DNA of 64,000 bases from Candidatus Scalindua sp. (GCA_018670825.1 JABHIW010000149.1:3894-67893); one strand, 5' to 3'; shown: positions 1-9,294, counted from the first letter of the stretch. Made by a program: numbers and translations. The notes: a model not told the origin generated them from the letters alone.

Positions 1-1
1 C

Positions 2-391
2 GATACGGTAAAGAACTGTTTATCCATCCTGAAAGAGTTGATAAACAAGACGACTCTGAAACTTGACAATATGGAGAATAGCTGCAGAAAGGGGTTTCTG
101 GATGCTACGGTTTTAGCGGAATACCTTGTTGGAAAAGGGGTTCCTTTCCGTGAGGCCCATGAGATTGTTGGTAAACTGGTTGGAGTGTGCAGCAAAAGCG
201 GTAAGGAGTTAAGTGATGTAAGCTTGGAGGATTTTAAGAAACATTCGTCTTTGATTGGCAAAGATGTCTATAAAGTTCTGGGTGTGAAGAATTATATTAA
301 ACAATTTAAAAGCCACGGCTCGACTTCTCCTCAGTCGGTAAAGAAGCAGATAAGTGCGTGGGAGAAGAAGTTAAAAAAGCAGATGGCTTGA
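2..391 (+). CDS. argH: argininosuccinate lyase, C-terminal fragment (5-prime end outside window)
   Basis: Frame is open to the window start. Reads ...LDATVLAEYLVGKGVPFREAHEIVGKLVGVC...SHGSTSPQSV, typical of the ArgH C-terminus. lysA follows. Confidence 0.85.
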   Translation, partial: DTVKNCLSILKELINKTTLKLDNMENSCRKGFLDATVLAEYLVGKGVPFREAHEIVGKLVGVCSKSGKELSDVSLEDFKKHSSLIGKDVYKVLGVKNYIKQFKSHGSTSPQSVKKQISAWEKKLKKQMA

Positions 392-448
392 TTATAGAGA
401 AGTTGCAATTTAATATTTATTAATTTGAAGGTTGCTGCAAAATTATTG

Positions 449-516
449 GCGGGTATGGAAACCCGCCCTACAAATAGAATATATTTTTTATGTAGGTCGG
501 GTTTCTTACCCGACAT
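449..516. repeat. compound palindromic intergenic element (two hairpins: gcgggt..acccgc and gtcgggt..acccgac)
   Basis: Near-identical inverted copy at 3365-3430. Lies between argH and lysA. Confidence 0.7.
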
Positions 517-536
517 AACAAAACTTGGAGAAAAGA

Positions 537-1856
537 ATGACGACTAGTTTTGATTTTTTTAATTATCTGAATAATGAATTATACTGCGAAGACGTAAAGG
601 TAAAAGACATAGTAGAAAAGGTAGGATCACCGGCATATATTTACAGCAAAAATTCTATCCTGGAGCATTTTTTTGAAATCAGGGATGCATTTGCGGATGT
701 AAACCCTCTTATATGTTTCTCTGTTAAGGCCAATTCAAATTTGTCAGTTATTAAAGTGTTGGCCGATGCAGGTTCCGGGTTTGACGTCGTTTCCGGTGGT
801 GAACTTTACCGGGTACTGAAGATAGGTGTAAGTCCCGACAAGATTGTCTTTGCAGGAGTCGGTAAAACTTCTCAGGAGATTAAGTATGCGTTGGAAAATG
901 ATATCTTCATGTTCAACGTCGAGTCTCCGGCGGAACTGGCGAATATTGACAGAATAGCAAAGTCTCTTGGCAAAAGGGGGAGGGTGGCTCTGCGAATCAA
1001 TCCTGACATTGATGCCAAGACTCATGACAAGACAACTACCGGTAAGAAGGAGAATAAATTCGGCATCGACTTCGAAAGCGCCAGCCAGTTAATAAAGAAC
1101 ATTGATGATTATGAAAACATAGATCTGAAAGGTATACATGTGCACCTCGGCTCACCAATCTATTCAACCGGACCTTATGTACAGGGCCTTGAAAAAGTAT
1201 ATAATTTTGTTCAGGAAACACTCGACGAGAAGGGTAAACAGGGTATTGAATTCGTTAATATTGGAGGAGGATACTGTATATCATATACGGGTGAGCAGGT
1301 GAAGAGGCCACGTGATTATGCAACTGATATTATACCGTTAATAAAAAAGCTGGGTTGCAAAGTAGTAATGGAGCCCGGAAGATTTATTATCGGGAATGCG
1401 GGGATACTGGTAACTAAAACGACCTATATAAAGGTTGCTACCTGGGGGAAAAAATTTGTTATCTGTGACGCGGCGATGAACGACCTTGCTCGTCCATCCC
1501 TGTACGATGCCGTCCACAGAGCGTGGCCTGTTAATGCTGCGGTGCCGATGCCGGAAGTAGAGCTTCCCGGTGAAGAGAAGGGTGCGGATGATAGATTGGA
1601 ACTGGTGGATATCGTAGGCCCGGTATGTGAAAGCAGTGACGTTCTCGCAAAAGAGCGATGGTTTCCCGATGTAAAGGAAGGCGACCTGATCGCATTCTTC
1701 AGTGCAGGCGCATACGGCTTTACCATGAGTTCCAGTTACAACACAAGACCACGTACGTGTGAGATATTAGTGGACGGTGATAGCTTCACGACTATCAGGA
1801 GAAGAGAGACGTATGAAGACTTGATTACCGGAGAGAAAGAGTTTTTGACTGCATGA
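537..1856 (+). CDS. lysA: diaminopimelate decarboxylase
   Basis: Full-length match by eye to PLP-dependent Orn/DAP/Arg decarboxylase family 2 (YIYSK..., CFSVKAN, GGGY, EPGR, CESSD, GAYG). ATG at 537 preferred over the track TTG at 525. Confidence 0.9.
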   Translation: MTTSFDFFNYLNNELYCEDVKVKDIVEKVGSPAYIYSKNSILEHFFEIRDAFADVNPLICFSVKANSNLSVIKVLADAGSGFDVVSGGELYRVLKIGVSPDKIVFAGVGKTSQEIKYALENDIFMFNVESPAELANIDRIAKSLGKRGRVALRINPDIDAKTHDKTTTGKKENKFGIDFESASQLIKNIDDYENIDLKGIHVHLGSPIYSTGPYVQGLEKVYNFVQETLDEKGKQGIEFVNIGGGYCISYTGEQVKRPRDYATDIIPLIKKLGCKVVMEPGRFIIGNAGILVTKTTYIKVATWGKKFVICDAAMNDLARPSLYDAVHRAWPVNAAVPMPEVELPGEEKGADDRLELVDIVGPVCESSDVLAKERWFPDVKEGDLIAFFSAGAYGFTMSSSYNTRPRTCEILVDGDSFTTIRRRETYEDLITGEKEFLTA

Positions 1857-1970
1857 ATAGAAATAGAACGCGGATTTTCTCAGATAAATACAGGTTTGAT
1901 TATAAAGATTGCCTATAATCTGCATAATAATAAATGTACGTCGCCGACAAATTGGAAAGCATGGTAAAAC

Positions 1971-2407
1971 ATGAAAATCTATTTAGACAACTGTACTTTT
2001 AATCGGCCATTTGACGATCAATCTTCCATGCGCGTTAAACTTGAATCAGAAGCAAAACTCTTTATTCAAGAAAAAATAATGCTTGGAAATTACAATTAAT
2101 TTGGTCATATATTTTGGAATATGAAAACATCCAAAATCCGTTTATTGAAAGAAGAAATGCAATAATAGAATGGAAACAAATAGCGACCAGGAAAATTTCT
2201 GAATCTGAAAATGTTGTACCAAAAGCATCAACATACACATTGCTTGGAGTAAAACCCAAAGATGCACTTCACGTTGCATGTGCCATTGAAGGAAAGGCGG
2301 AATATTTCCTAACAACAGATGATATGCTTTTAAACAAATTGGTTGGATTCAAAGAACTGGTTGTGATTAATCCTGTTAATTTCATTCCTATATTGGAGGA
2401 AGCATAA
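1971..2407 (+). pseudogene. PIN-domain toxin gene split by a 1-nt frameshift
   Basis: ATG 1971 reads MKIYLDNCTFNRPFDDQSS...LGNYN then TAA at 2097-2099. The next frame continues LIWSYILEYENIQNPF...HVACAIEGKAEYFLTTDD (track ORF 2114-2407). One extra T near 2095 would join them. Confidence 0.7.
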
Positions 2408-2622
2408 TGATAACAGATACAGAGATTAAGCAAAAAGGTATAAAAGCATTAATTGCCGAGCTTGGCAATGTACAGGCTGAACGCTTCATATCTCTTATAA
2501 TAAGGGTGCCTTTTGATTATACGAAGTGGCAAAGAGATCTTTGGCCGGAAGAATCCGTAGAATCTCTCAGTAAGAAGGCTATGGAAGCAGTTCGGGAGAA
2601 AAACGAAAAACAAGGTGTTTGA
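2407..2622 (+). CDS. small protein coupled to the PIN gene (possible antitoxin partner)
   Basis: 71-aa ORF whose ATG overlaps the PIN stop (TAATG). No recognised motif. Confidence 0.45.
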   Translation: MITDTEIKQKGIKALIAELGNVQAERFISLIIRVPFDYTKWQRDLWPEESVESLSKKAMEAVREKNEKQGV

Positions 2623-2684
2623 TTTAATCGCAAAACCTCGGCAATTTTTCAACCATTTGTCACGCGTACAGTATTTATAGTAAC

Positions 2685-2705
2685 GTAGGGTGGGCATTGC
2701 CCACC
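2685..2705. repeat. GTAGGG-type palindromic hairpin (gtagggtgggcattgcccacc)
   Basis: Perfect ggtgggca/tgcccacc palindrome between convergent genes. Shares the GTAGGG(Y)GGG head with the 449/3365 elements. Confidence 0.45.
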
Positions 2706-2732
2706 AATAATCTAAATTCTTCAATCACTTAA

Positions 2733-3287
2733 TTAATAAGTGACCAGCATAGACTCTGCAATGTTCTTTGCCATTTGCTCTCCGTAGAGTGCTTCCACCA
2801 GTTTCAGGGCAAACTCCATAGCTGTTCCTGGTCCCTGGCTGGTTATACAATTATTATCTACTACTACCCGTGATTCAATAGATTCAGTATTTGGAAGCTG
2901 TTCTGCCATGCCCGGGTACGCAGTTGCCTTTCGATCTGCCAGAAGTCCGTGATGATGCAATACTATCGCAGGAGAAGCACATATTGCGGCAAACAATTTT
3001 CCATTTTGCTGCTGGCTCTCCAACATTTTCGTCAACTCTTTAGAATCACGTAGACGTTCTGCACCGGGCATGCCGCCAGGCAAAGCAATCAGATCATACG
3101 ATTCATTAACACATTCTGAAATTAATCGGTCTGCGACCAGTTTCATGCCTCTTGACGCAGTCACCTGCAACTTGCCAACTGATGCTACCGTTACATCAGC
3201 GTCCGCACGTCTCAGGACATCAATAATACATGCTGCTTCAATCTCTTCACAACCATCTGATATTGGTACCAGGACACTTTTTGACAT
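2733..3287 (-). CDS. DJ-1/PfpI family protein
   Basis: 184 aa. Shows ...DLIALPGGMPGAERL... and the nucleophile-elbow AAICASP motif typical of DJ-1/ThiJ. Confidence 0.85.
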   Translation of the reverse strand: MSKSVLVPISDGCEEIEAACIIDVLRRADADVTVASVGKLQVTASRGMKLVADRLISECVNESYDLIALPGGMPGAERLRDSKELTKMLESQQQNGKLFAAICASPAIVLHHHGLLADRKATAYPGMAEQLPNTESIESRVVVDNNCITSQGPGTAMEFALKLVEALYGEQMAKNIAESMLVTY

Positions 3288-3364
3288 AATATATTCCTTT
3301 CTAAAAAAGACAACAGGTTAAACTTTCGTCAAAATTATTATGCGTTCATTTTTTCTGATGAGGA

Positions 3365-3430
3365 ATGTCGGGTAAGAAACCCGACCTACTCATAAAATAA
3401 ATATTTTTGTAGGGCGGGTTTCTTACCCGC
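3365..3430. repeat. compound palindromic intergenic element, inverted copy of 449-516
   Basis: atgtcgggtaagaaacccgacctac...gtagggcgggtttcttacccgc is the reverse complement of 449-516 apart from a few spacer and loop changes. Confidence 0.7.
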
Positions 3431-3731
3431 TGGCTTTATAAAACCATACATTAAATTCAGGTATTACACAGAACAACATATTGGAGTACCTTGTCGTCCT
3501 GGGGGAGAATCCGATCGAAGAATTAAAATTAATTATAAAAGAAAAAAACAAATTGTCCAACCGGGAATTTATTTGCATCTTCAATGCTTTCGTTCTAACA
3601 TCAAATGAGATAATCTGGAACAAAAAGGGAGGTTGTTAAGCCTCCACATGCAATGGATTTAATACCAATTTAAATTTATGGTCGAAGGGTAATTTTTGTC
3701 GTGATAACGACCTGGCTTGTTAGGATAAATC

Positions 3732-4412
3732 ATGGAAGCAATCTATTCTACATTTGAAGATGCTGAAGAAATCCTCCTGAAAGAAGAAGAGAATATTCTT
3801 CGCATTATTTTTACCCGGCATGGAAGGACACATCTGAATGCGGAACGGAGATTTCAGCCCTGGACACCTGAAGGAGATCAATTGAATCCGGAAGGTGTGA
3901 CTTCGGCCAGGGATTTGGGGAAAAAGCTGAAATACGTTCCGATAAGAAAGATTTACTCGAGTGACTGGCACAGGGTTGTACATACGGCCCGATTAATCAA
4001 TGAAGAGCGGAATCCGCCATTGCAGGAAATACAAATTTCAAGAGGGTTGAGGGATTTTGATTTTGGTGCCTTATGCGGTGTCTCTGTAACCGATGCAGAC
4101 CGCCTGTATCCTGAACTGTCTGAGCAGAGAAGAAATAGTCTTCATACGTTTGAGGCTCCCGGAGGTGATACTTTTGTCGATTTTCACAACAGGAAAAAAG
4201 AAGAGTTGATCAGGATTATCAGTGAAAACAGTATGGGGAACATTCTGGTAGCTTCACATGCCTATGTCACAAAATGCCTGATTATGGCAGCACTTGACTT
4301 GACTGTGGAAGGGTACGCCGACAAAATTAATATTAAGAACACCTCCATCTCAATAGTTGAACTTAAGGATAGGGAAATTCCCGGCAGATTACTGGTATTA
4401 AACAATAAATAG
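3732..4412 (+). CDS. histidine phosphatase family protein (phosphoglycerate-mutase-like)
   Basis: N-terminal RHG motif (FTRHGRTHLN) and a distal SHA histidine (VASHAYV). Confidence 0.8.
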   Translation: MEAIYSTFEDAEEILLKEEENILRIIFTRHGRTHLNAERRFQPWTPEGDQLNPEGVTSARDLGKKLKYVPIRKIYSSDWHRVVHTARLINEERNPPLQEIQISRGLRDFDFGALCGVSVTDADRLYPELSEQRRNSLHTFEAPGGDTFVDFHNRKKEELIRIISENSMGNILVASHAYVTKCLIMAALDLTVEGYADKINIKNTSISIVELKDREIPGRLLVLNNK

Positions 4413-4470
4413 ACGGAAGTTGAATGGTTGAGGAACTTGCGAATGATCAATCATGAGTGACCAATGACTA

Positions 4471-5418
4471 TTGACTACTGACCAAACACCAATTACCAAT
4501 GGGCGGAGGAGCTTTTTTTTGATCATCAGCGCCAGCAGGAGAACTGACATCCCTGCATTTTATGCTCAGTGGTTTATTAATCGAATACGTGCAGGTCATT
4601 GTACCGTCCCGAACCCTTTCAACAGGAAACAAGTCTCTCATGTCTCGCTTCACACTGGAAATGTCGACATCATTGCCTTCTGGACAAGGAGTCCTCAGCC
4701 TTTAATCCCCTATTTAAAAGAGCTGGACCAGCTCGGCTACCGGTACTATTTCCAATATACCGTTATGAATAATCCTCGTCTGATAGACTCCAATGTTCCT
4801 TCGCTTTCTTCCTCGTTGAAAATGTTCAAAAAACTGTCTGATCTTATCGGGTCTGAAAGGATTATCTGGCGTTATGACCCTGTCATAATCAGCAATATTA
4901 CCGATATCAAATTTCACACGAATACATATAAACATATAGCAGAAACACTAAGAAATTATACTCAACGGTCCGTAATCAGCATCCTGGATATTTATCCTAA
5001 ACTGAAAAAACGCCTGAAAGCATTAAAAGATAAAGGTGTAGAGATAGTTGATCTTAATAAAGAATTTGATAAACGTTTTGATGAACTTATGTATACGTTA
5101 GCTGGAGTTGCAGAACAGAACAAGATGGAGATTGTCAGTTGTGCTGAAGATCCGGATATGACGAAATATAATATACAACCCGGAAAGTGCATAGATGACA
5201 ATTATATAGAAAGGGAGTTCGGGATAGATGTTACCCAAAAGAAAGATCCGTATCAAAGAGAGGCATGCGGTTGTGTAGTAAGCAAAGATATCGGCGTGTA
5301 CGATACATGCGTATTCGGCTGCCAATACTGTTATGCGACAAGCAGCTTTGAAAAGGCAAAAGTTTTGTACGAGAACCATAATCCGGAATCAACATCTATG
5401 GTCGATTATGATGATTAG
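4471..5418 (+). CDS. DUF1848-like protein
   Basis: IISASRRTDIPAFYAQWF near the N-terminus and the C-terminal Cys cluster CGCVVSKDIGVYDTCVFGCQYCYA. True start uncertain (TTG 4471 or TTG 4519). Confidence 0.7.
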   Translation: MTTDQTPITNGRRSFFLIISASRRTDIPAFYAQWFINRIRAGHCTVPNPFNRKQVSHVSLHTGNVDIIAFWTRSPQPLIPYLKELDQLGYRYYFQYTVMNNPRLIDSNVPSLSSSLKMFKKLSDLIGSERIIWRYDPVIISNITDIKFHTNTYKHIAETLRNYTQRSVISILDIYPKLKKRLKALKDKGVEIVDLNKEFDKRFDELMYTLAGVAEQNKMEIVSCAEDPDMTKYNIQPGKCIDDNYIEREFGIDVTQKKDPYQREACGCVVSKDIGVYDTCVFGCQYCYATSSFEKAKVLYENHNPESTSMVDYDD

Positions 5419-5581
5419 CGGTAATATGGAGTGCATCATCCGTGATGATGCGTATTAAAATAGTGACACGGTCACTGCACTCCAAAAAAACAACATAAGT
5501 ATTAATACTTTAGTGCTACCAGCATTTTGAAGATTATAGACCGGGGACTGTTTGTACCCTGTTGAAGGGCAAAGGTGTCAT

Positions 5582-5620
5582 ATAGGTGTCAAACAGGTAT
5601 CAATGACACCTATGTTTTTT
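5582..5620 (+). terminator. rho-independent terminator-like hairpin
   Basis: ataggtgtca (5582-5591) pairs with tgacacctat (5604-5613), followed by T6 (5615-5620). Confidence 0.45.
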
Positions 5621-5684
5621 ATAATTGTGCCTAAATCTTTGTTCAGAGGGAATAGCTTATATACGGCATATCTGTTACCGTCAA

Positions 5685-6188
5685 CTACAGCCATGGCCAT
5701 ACTTTAATCAGGATAGTATACCCTGCCGCACCCGTCACAACAGCATTAACAATTGTCCAGTACCCCGTAATCTTTGCTATTTTTATGCGCAGACTTAACA
5801 AGAGAAAGAACATGAACCACAGGCTTGCCCACATTAGCCAGAGTACGAGCATACCCATATCCGGTAAGGTAGTGAATGCAGTTGGCACCGCCACCACAGT
5901 AACCAGCAGGCAATACCACCCTAATCCGTCATCTTCAAGACTCCATATAGAGTTAATGCCTACCCATAAGTAGGTAAATCCGAACAGGAGAGACTGCATC
6001 GCATAAAAATAGGGTGTTATACCTTCCCCATGGAGCAGGACCGTTCTTATTGCTCCGACAACAATGAGCGTGCCGGTAAATAGATTCATGGGAATAACAT
6101 GGCTGGGCTTAAGCTTTCCAAGAGTCTTCAGGCCATTCATAAACAGTACAAAACCAACATATACCAGTGCGGCACCTAACATTCCCAT
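5685..6188 (-). CDS. AmiS/UreI family amide/urea channel
   Basis: 167-aa polytopic protein with LVYVGFVLFMNGL, LLFGFTYLWVG, GLGWYCLLV and LWFMFFLLLSL, matching AmiS/UreI blocks. Confidence 0.8.
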   Translation of the reverse strand: MGMLGAALVYVGFVLFMNGLKTLGKLKPSHVIPMNLFTGTLIVVGAIRTVLLHGEGITPYFYAMQSLLFGFTYLWVGINSIWSLEDDGLGWYCLLVTVVAVPTAFTTLPDMGMLVLWLMWASLWFMFFLLLSLRIKIAKITGYWTIVNAVVTGAAGYTILIKVWPWL

Positions 6189-6600
6189 AAAAACACCTTA
6201 GCTTATTTATTCAAAAATTTTATATGGTTTTTTCTACTCTCTGGATAGGTAATTGAAAAAACGGAACGGGATTATAGATGAAAAGAATACAAAAGGCAAG
6301 TGCCAACGGAAATGTACAGAGTCAGGCTGGTGAGTGGCACAAGGCTATACCCCATTTAGGGTAAGAACAGAAATTAATAAACAATTCTCTCTAAGATGCC
6401 TTTGCTCATAAGATACGTATTGACACAAAGATATTGTCTGGGTAGTTTACATGTAGGTGGATATAAGACTCTGTCTTTCAGTATCTCGGTATCAGGGAAA
6501 GAAAAGAGATGATGGTTAATACGGTAATCCTGATAGTGTCTATTCTGTCTGTATCAAAAGCAAATTTTAATAAACTTGAATAAGTTTGGAGTCAACTAAA

Positions 6601-7758
6601 ATGGCAAAGATTGAGTTTTTTACTTCAGAAAGCGTGACAGAAGGCCATCCTGATAAAATCTGTGATCAGATAAGCGATGCAATATTAGACGCTTTGTTGA
6701 AACAGGACAAAAACGCAAGGTGTGCCGCAGAGTGTTTGACAACAACAGGGCTCGTAATAGTTGCGGGAGAGATTTCAACAACAGGTTATGTTGAAATCCA
6801 GGATATTGTGAGAAACACCCTCAAAGAGATTGGATACACGAACCCTGAATTCGGTATCGATTGTGATGATGCCGGTGTGATGGTGAGTGTTCATGGCCAG
6901 AGTCGGGATATTGCGCTGGGAGTTGATGAAGGAGACGGGCGGGAACAGGGCGCCGGTGATCAGGGTATGATGTACGGATTTGCAACCAATGAAACTGATG
7001 AGCTTATGCCGTTACCGATAATAATAGCGCATAAGCTGGCAATGCGTCTTGCATATGTAAGAAAAGAGGGGATTTTAAAAGACCTTGGTCCTGATGGAAA
7101 GAGTCAGGTCTCCGTGGAATACCATGACGGAAAGCCTGTCAGATTAAGTACTGTTGTCATCGCCCAGCAGCATATTGACGGGACTTCGGAAGAAGAATTA
7201 AGAAAGGGGATTATTGAGCAGGTCATCAGGCCCGTTTGCGGTAATTTGCTGGATGATAAGACTAAGATTTACGTAAATGCTACGGGAAAGTTTGTAATAG
7301 GTGGCCCCGAGGGCGATACCGGTCTGACTGGCAGGAAAATAATTGTAGATACCTACGGCGGCCTGGGCAGACATGGTGGAGGCGCTTTTTCCGGAAAAGA
7401 TCCGAGCAAGGTTGACAGGTCCGGCGCGTACGCGGCAAGATGGATTGCAAAGAACATCGTTGCGGCCGGGCTGGCTGATAAGTGTGAAGTGCAGGTAAGC
7501 TATGCAATTGGTATTCCCGAACCGACATCCATAAATGTCGATACTTCAGGTACAAACAAGATACCGGAAGAGAAGATTGTGGAGCTTGTCAAAAAGAATT
7601 TTAGTCTCAATCCTCGCGAAATTATCAAAAGACTTGACCTGTTAAGGCCTATCTACAAAAAGACTGCAGCTTATGGTCACTTCGGGAGAAACGATCCGGA
7701 CTTCACATGGGAAAAGACGGATATGGCAGATACGCTCAGGAAAGAAGCTGGGATGTGA
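6601..7758 (+). CDS. metK: S-adenosylmethionine synthetase
   Basis: [51 protein letters not shown] 6601 preferred over the track TTG 6586. Confidence 0.95.
   Translation: MAKIEFFTSESVTEGHPDKICDQISDAILDALLKQDKNARCAAECLTTTGLVIVAGEISTTGYVEIQDIVRNTLKEIGYTNPEFGIDCDDAGVMVSVHGQSRDIALGVDEGDGREQGAGDQGMMYGFATNETDELMPLPIIIAHKLAMRLAYVRKEGILKDLGPDGKSQVSVEYHDGKPVRLSTVVIAQQHIDGTSEEELRKGIIEQVIRPVCGNLLDDKTKIYVNATGKFVIGGPEGDTGLTGRKIIVDTYGGLGRHGGGAFSGKDPSKVDRSGAYAARWIAKNIVAAGLADKCEVQVSYAIGIPEPTSINVDTSGTNKIPEEKIVELVKKNFSLNPREIIKRLDLLRPIYKKTAAYGHFGRNDPDFTWEKTDMADTLRKEAGM
7714..7758 (+). repeat. direct repeat copy 1 (authentic metK 3-prime end)
   Basis: aagacggatatggcagatacgctcaggaaagaagctgggatgtga recurs at 8588-8634 with a few substitutions or indels. 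Confidence 0.8.
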
Positions 7759-7791
7759 GCTGAATTGAGCGGTTTTGTTTCTATTAGTAGC

Positions 7792-7812
7792 CGCAGGCTT
7801 TAGCCTGCGTTT
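7792..7812 (+). terminator. hairpin downstream of metK
   Basis: cgcaggc-ttta-gcctgcg followed by only ttta. The T tract is weak. Confidence 0.3.
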
Positions 7813-7963
7813 ATCACCATCCGATGAGTGTACGTGAATTGCCCGTAAGTTGTGCAACCTGAAGGACGTGACTACCAGCCCGGATGAATCCGTTCGCCAG
7901 CCCGACAAGGCTGTTCTGGCGGGGACGGGTCAAACATTGACAAGTTCTTCTCTTTGCTTCTCC

Positions 7964-8251
7964 TTATGCAGGTATGACCTTTTTTACCTTGATCCGTGAT
8001 GACCTCTTTTCCGCTTGTGCAAGATCATAGCCCATCTGTAAACCTAACCATACCTCTGGGGTGCTGCCGAAAGCTTTGGACAACCTGATAGCCATTTCCG
8101 GTGAAACACCGTTTTTACCATTTACAAGGTTGCTGAGAGTAAGGCGAGTTACACCAAGAATTTCAGCAGCCTTGGTTATGCTCAAATCTAATGGTTCCAG
8201 ACATTCGCACTTGATGATTCTTCCAGGGTGTGGAGGGTTCTTCATTTTCAT
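7964..8251 (-). CDS. higA: HigA-type antitoxin (XRE-family HTH)
   Basis: [66 protein letters not shown] is the canonical HigA/VapI pattern. Confidence 0.85.
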   Translation of the reverse strand: MKMKNPPHPGRIIKCECLEPLDLSITKAAEILGVTRLTLSNLVNGKNGVSPEMAIRLSKAFGSTPEVWLGLQMGYDLAQAEKRSSRIKVKKVIPA

Positions 8252-8260
8252 ATTGTTCTC

Positions 8261-8540
8261 CTAATGGTAGTCAATTAAATCAACGTCGTATACGTCACCG
8301 TTCTTGATCATGAAGACCACTCGCCAGTTTGCCCGTAGGGTGACTGACCAGAAACCTTTCATACTGCCCTTGAGGGGGGTGCAGGAGAAATCCAGGTAGA
8401 CCCATATCCTCAGGTTTTTTGGCATGGTTAAGAACGGCAAGTATATGTTCAAGCTTCTGTACATCTTGAGCGGAGACCTTACTGCGGTCAGCCTTTTCAA
8501 AAAGACGTTGCAGCCCTTTATGTCTGAAGCTCTCTATCAT
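8261..8540 (-). pseudogene. higB: HigB-type (RelE/ParE superfamily) toxin gene, frameshifted in a G6/C6 run
   Basis: N-terminal part MIESFRHKGLQRLF...DMGLPGFLLHP (track ORF 8295-8540) and C-terminal part LKGSMKGFWSVTLRANWRVVFMIKNGDVYDVDLIDYH (track ORF 8261-8500) lie in different frames. They join if the G6 run at 8374-8379 were G5. Confidence 0.75.
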
Positions 8541-8587
8541 TAAAGGAGTGTATATAGCATATATGCAATAGTCAAGTCAATGAGATA

Positions 8588-8634
8588 GAAAGGCGGATAT
8601 GGCAGATACTCTCAGGAAAGAAGCGGGATTGTAG
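8588..8634 (+). repeat. direct repeat copy 2 (orphan copy of the metK 3-prime end)
   Basis: aaaggcggatatggcagatactctcaggaaagaagcgggattgtag would encode ...[10 protein letters not shown], versus metK ...[10 protein letters not shown]. Confidence 0.8.
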
Positions 8635-8636
8635 AG

Positions 8637-8748
8637 AAAAGTTAAAAGTGACTAAAGTTTGAAGTGAGCTAAAGTTGCGGGAAAAAACAAATCTTTTATT
8701 TTTTCTAACTTTAGACACTTTAGTTCACTTAAGGCACTTTTAACTTTT
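8637..8748. repeat. long imperfect inverted repeat built from ctaaagt-type units
   Basis: Left arm aaaagttaaaagtgactaaagtttgaagtgagctaaagttg. Right arm ctaactttagacactttagttcacttaaggcacttttaactttt. The right arm recurs at 23985-24022. Confidence 0.55.
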
Positions 8749-9024
8749 TTTCTTTCTGGCCCCTTTAAGGGCAAAGGCTTTTACATCATCTGCGTGCAGC
8801 TCTTCATCTTCCTGAAAGAATTCATCCTGAAACATCCACCATCTCTGATTAGCATCCCCTTCTTCCATAACTTTCACCGGGTCACTGCTCTGCAGCTCTA
8901 ATAACTTGATATATTTGGATTTGGACAGCGCGCTTTTGCTAAAACTTTTTTCGGTAGTGAATTGGTATTTCATGGAAACAATACCGACCTCAAGGAACTC
9001 AGCTTTTTTATCTCTTTTTAACAT
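8740..9024 (-). CDS. hypothetical protein (94 aa)
   Basis: ORF only, preceded by the repeat-borne promoter-like region 9033-9179. No recognised motif. Confidence 0.4.
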   Translation of the reverse strand: MLKRDKKAEFLEVGIVSMKYQFTTEKSFSKSALSKSKYIKLLELQSSDPVKVMEEGDANQRWWMFQDEFFQEDEELHADDVKAFALKGARKKKS

Positions 9025-9032
9025 ATAGGTAA

Positions 9033-9179
9033 ACTCCGGGTTTTCTTACAGATTAATAATTAAGATACAATTCTGCAAAACATATGATGAGAAACATACC
9101 ATTTTTATCTCAAGATTTCTAGTCGTAAATTTGATGTGAGTTCATCGGAGAAAAACAGATGTAGGAAATAGAACAACCC
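9033..9179. repeat. ~150-bp direct repeat, copy 1
   Basis: Aligns with 10190-10340. Near-perfect core gatttctagtcgtaaatttgRtgtgagtt (9114-9142 vs 10274-10302). Confidence 0.75.
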
Positions 9180-9267
9180 TTTCTGTTAAATCCCCTCCAT
9201 CCAATCTATCTGATAATCCCTGACTTTTCTTGTTTTGGACTAATTCGTGTTGACTGCACTTTTCATC

Positions 9268-9294
9268 TTGACTTCAATAATTGGTATCTATAAT
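9268..9294 (+). promoter_or_regulatory. sigma70-like promoter candidate (TTGACT, 15-nt spacer, TATAAT)
   Basis: -35 at 9268-9273 and a consensus -10 at 9289-9294, about 160 nt upstream of the 9453 ATG. The spacer is short. Confidence 0.3.

Noticed and set aside
744-1726. Antisense and overlapping ORFs in the track (e.g. 744-1025, 1036-1221, 1424-1726; also 9527-10086, 13486-14069, 22164-22775, 27265-27973, 31596-32733 and 47955-49094)
   Set aside because: Each lies inside, and opposite or out of frame to, a gene with strong family motifs. Their translations are low-complexity or Ser/Leu/Arg-rich with no motifs. I treat them as shadow ORFs.
5428-5483. Inverted repeat ggagtgca...tgcactcc after the DUF1848 gene as a terminator
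   Set aside because: It is followed by an A-run rather than a T-run on the plus strand, and on the minus strand the T-run precedes the stem. It fits neither orientation as an intrinsic terminator. The hairpin at 5582-5620 is the better candidate.
6189-6600. SAM riboswitch or other leader upstream of metK
   Set aside because: I could not recognise SAM-I or SAM-II consensus elements or a convincing terminator/antiterminator pair by eye. A covariance-model scan would be needed, so no claim is made.
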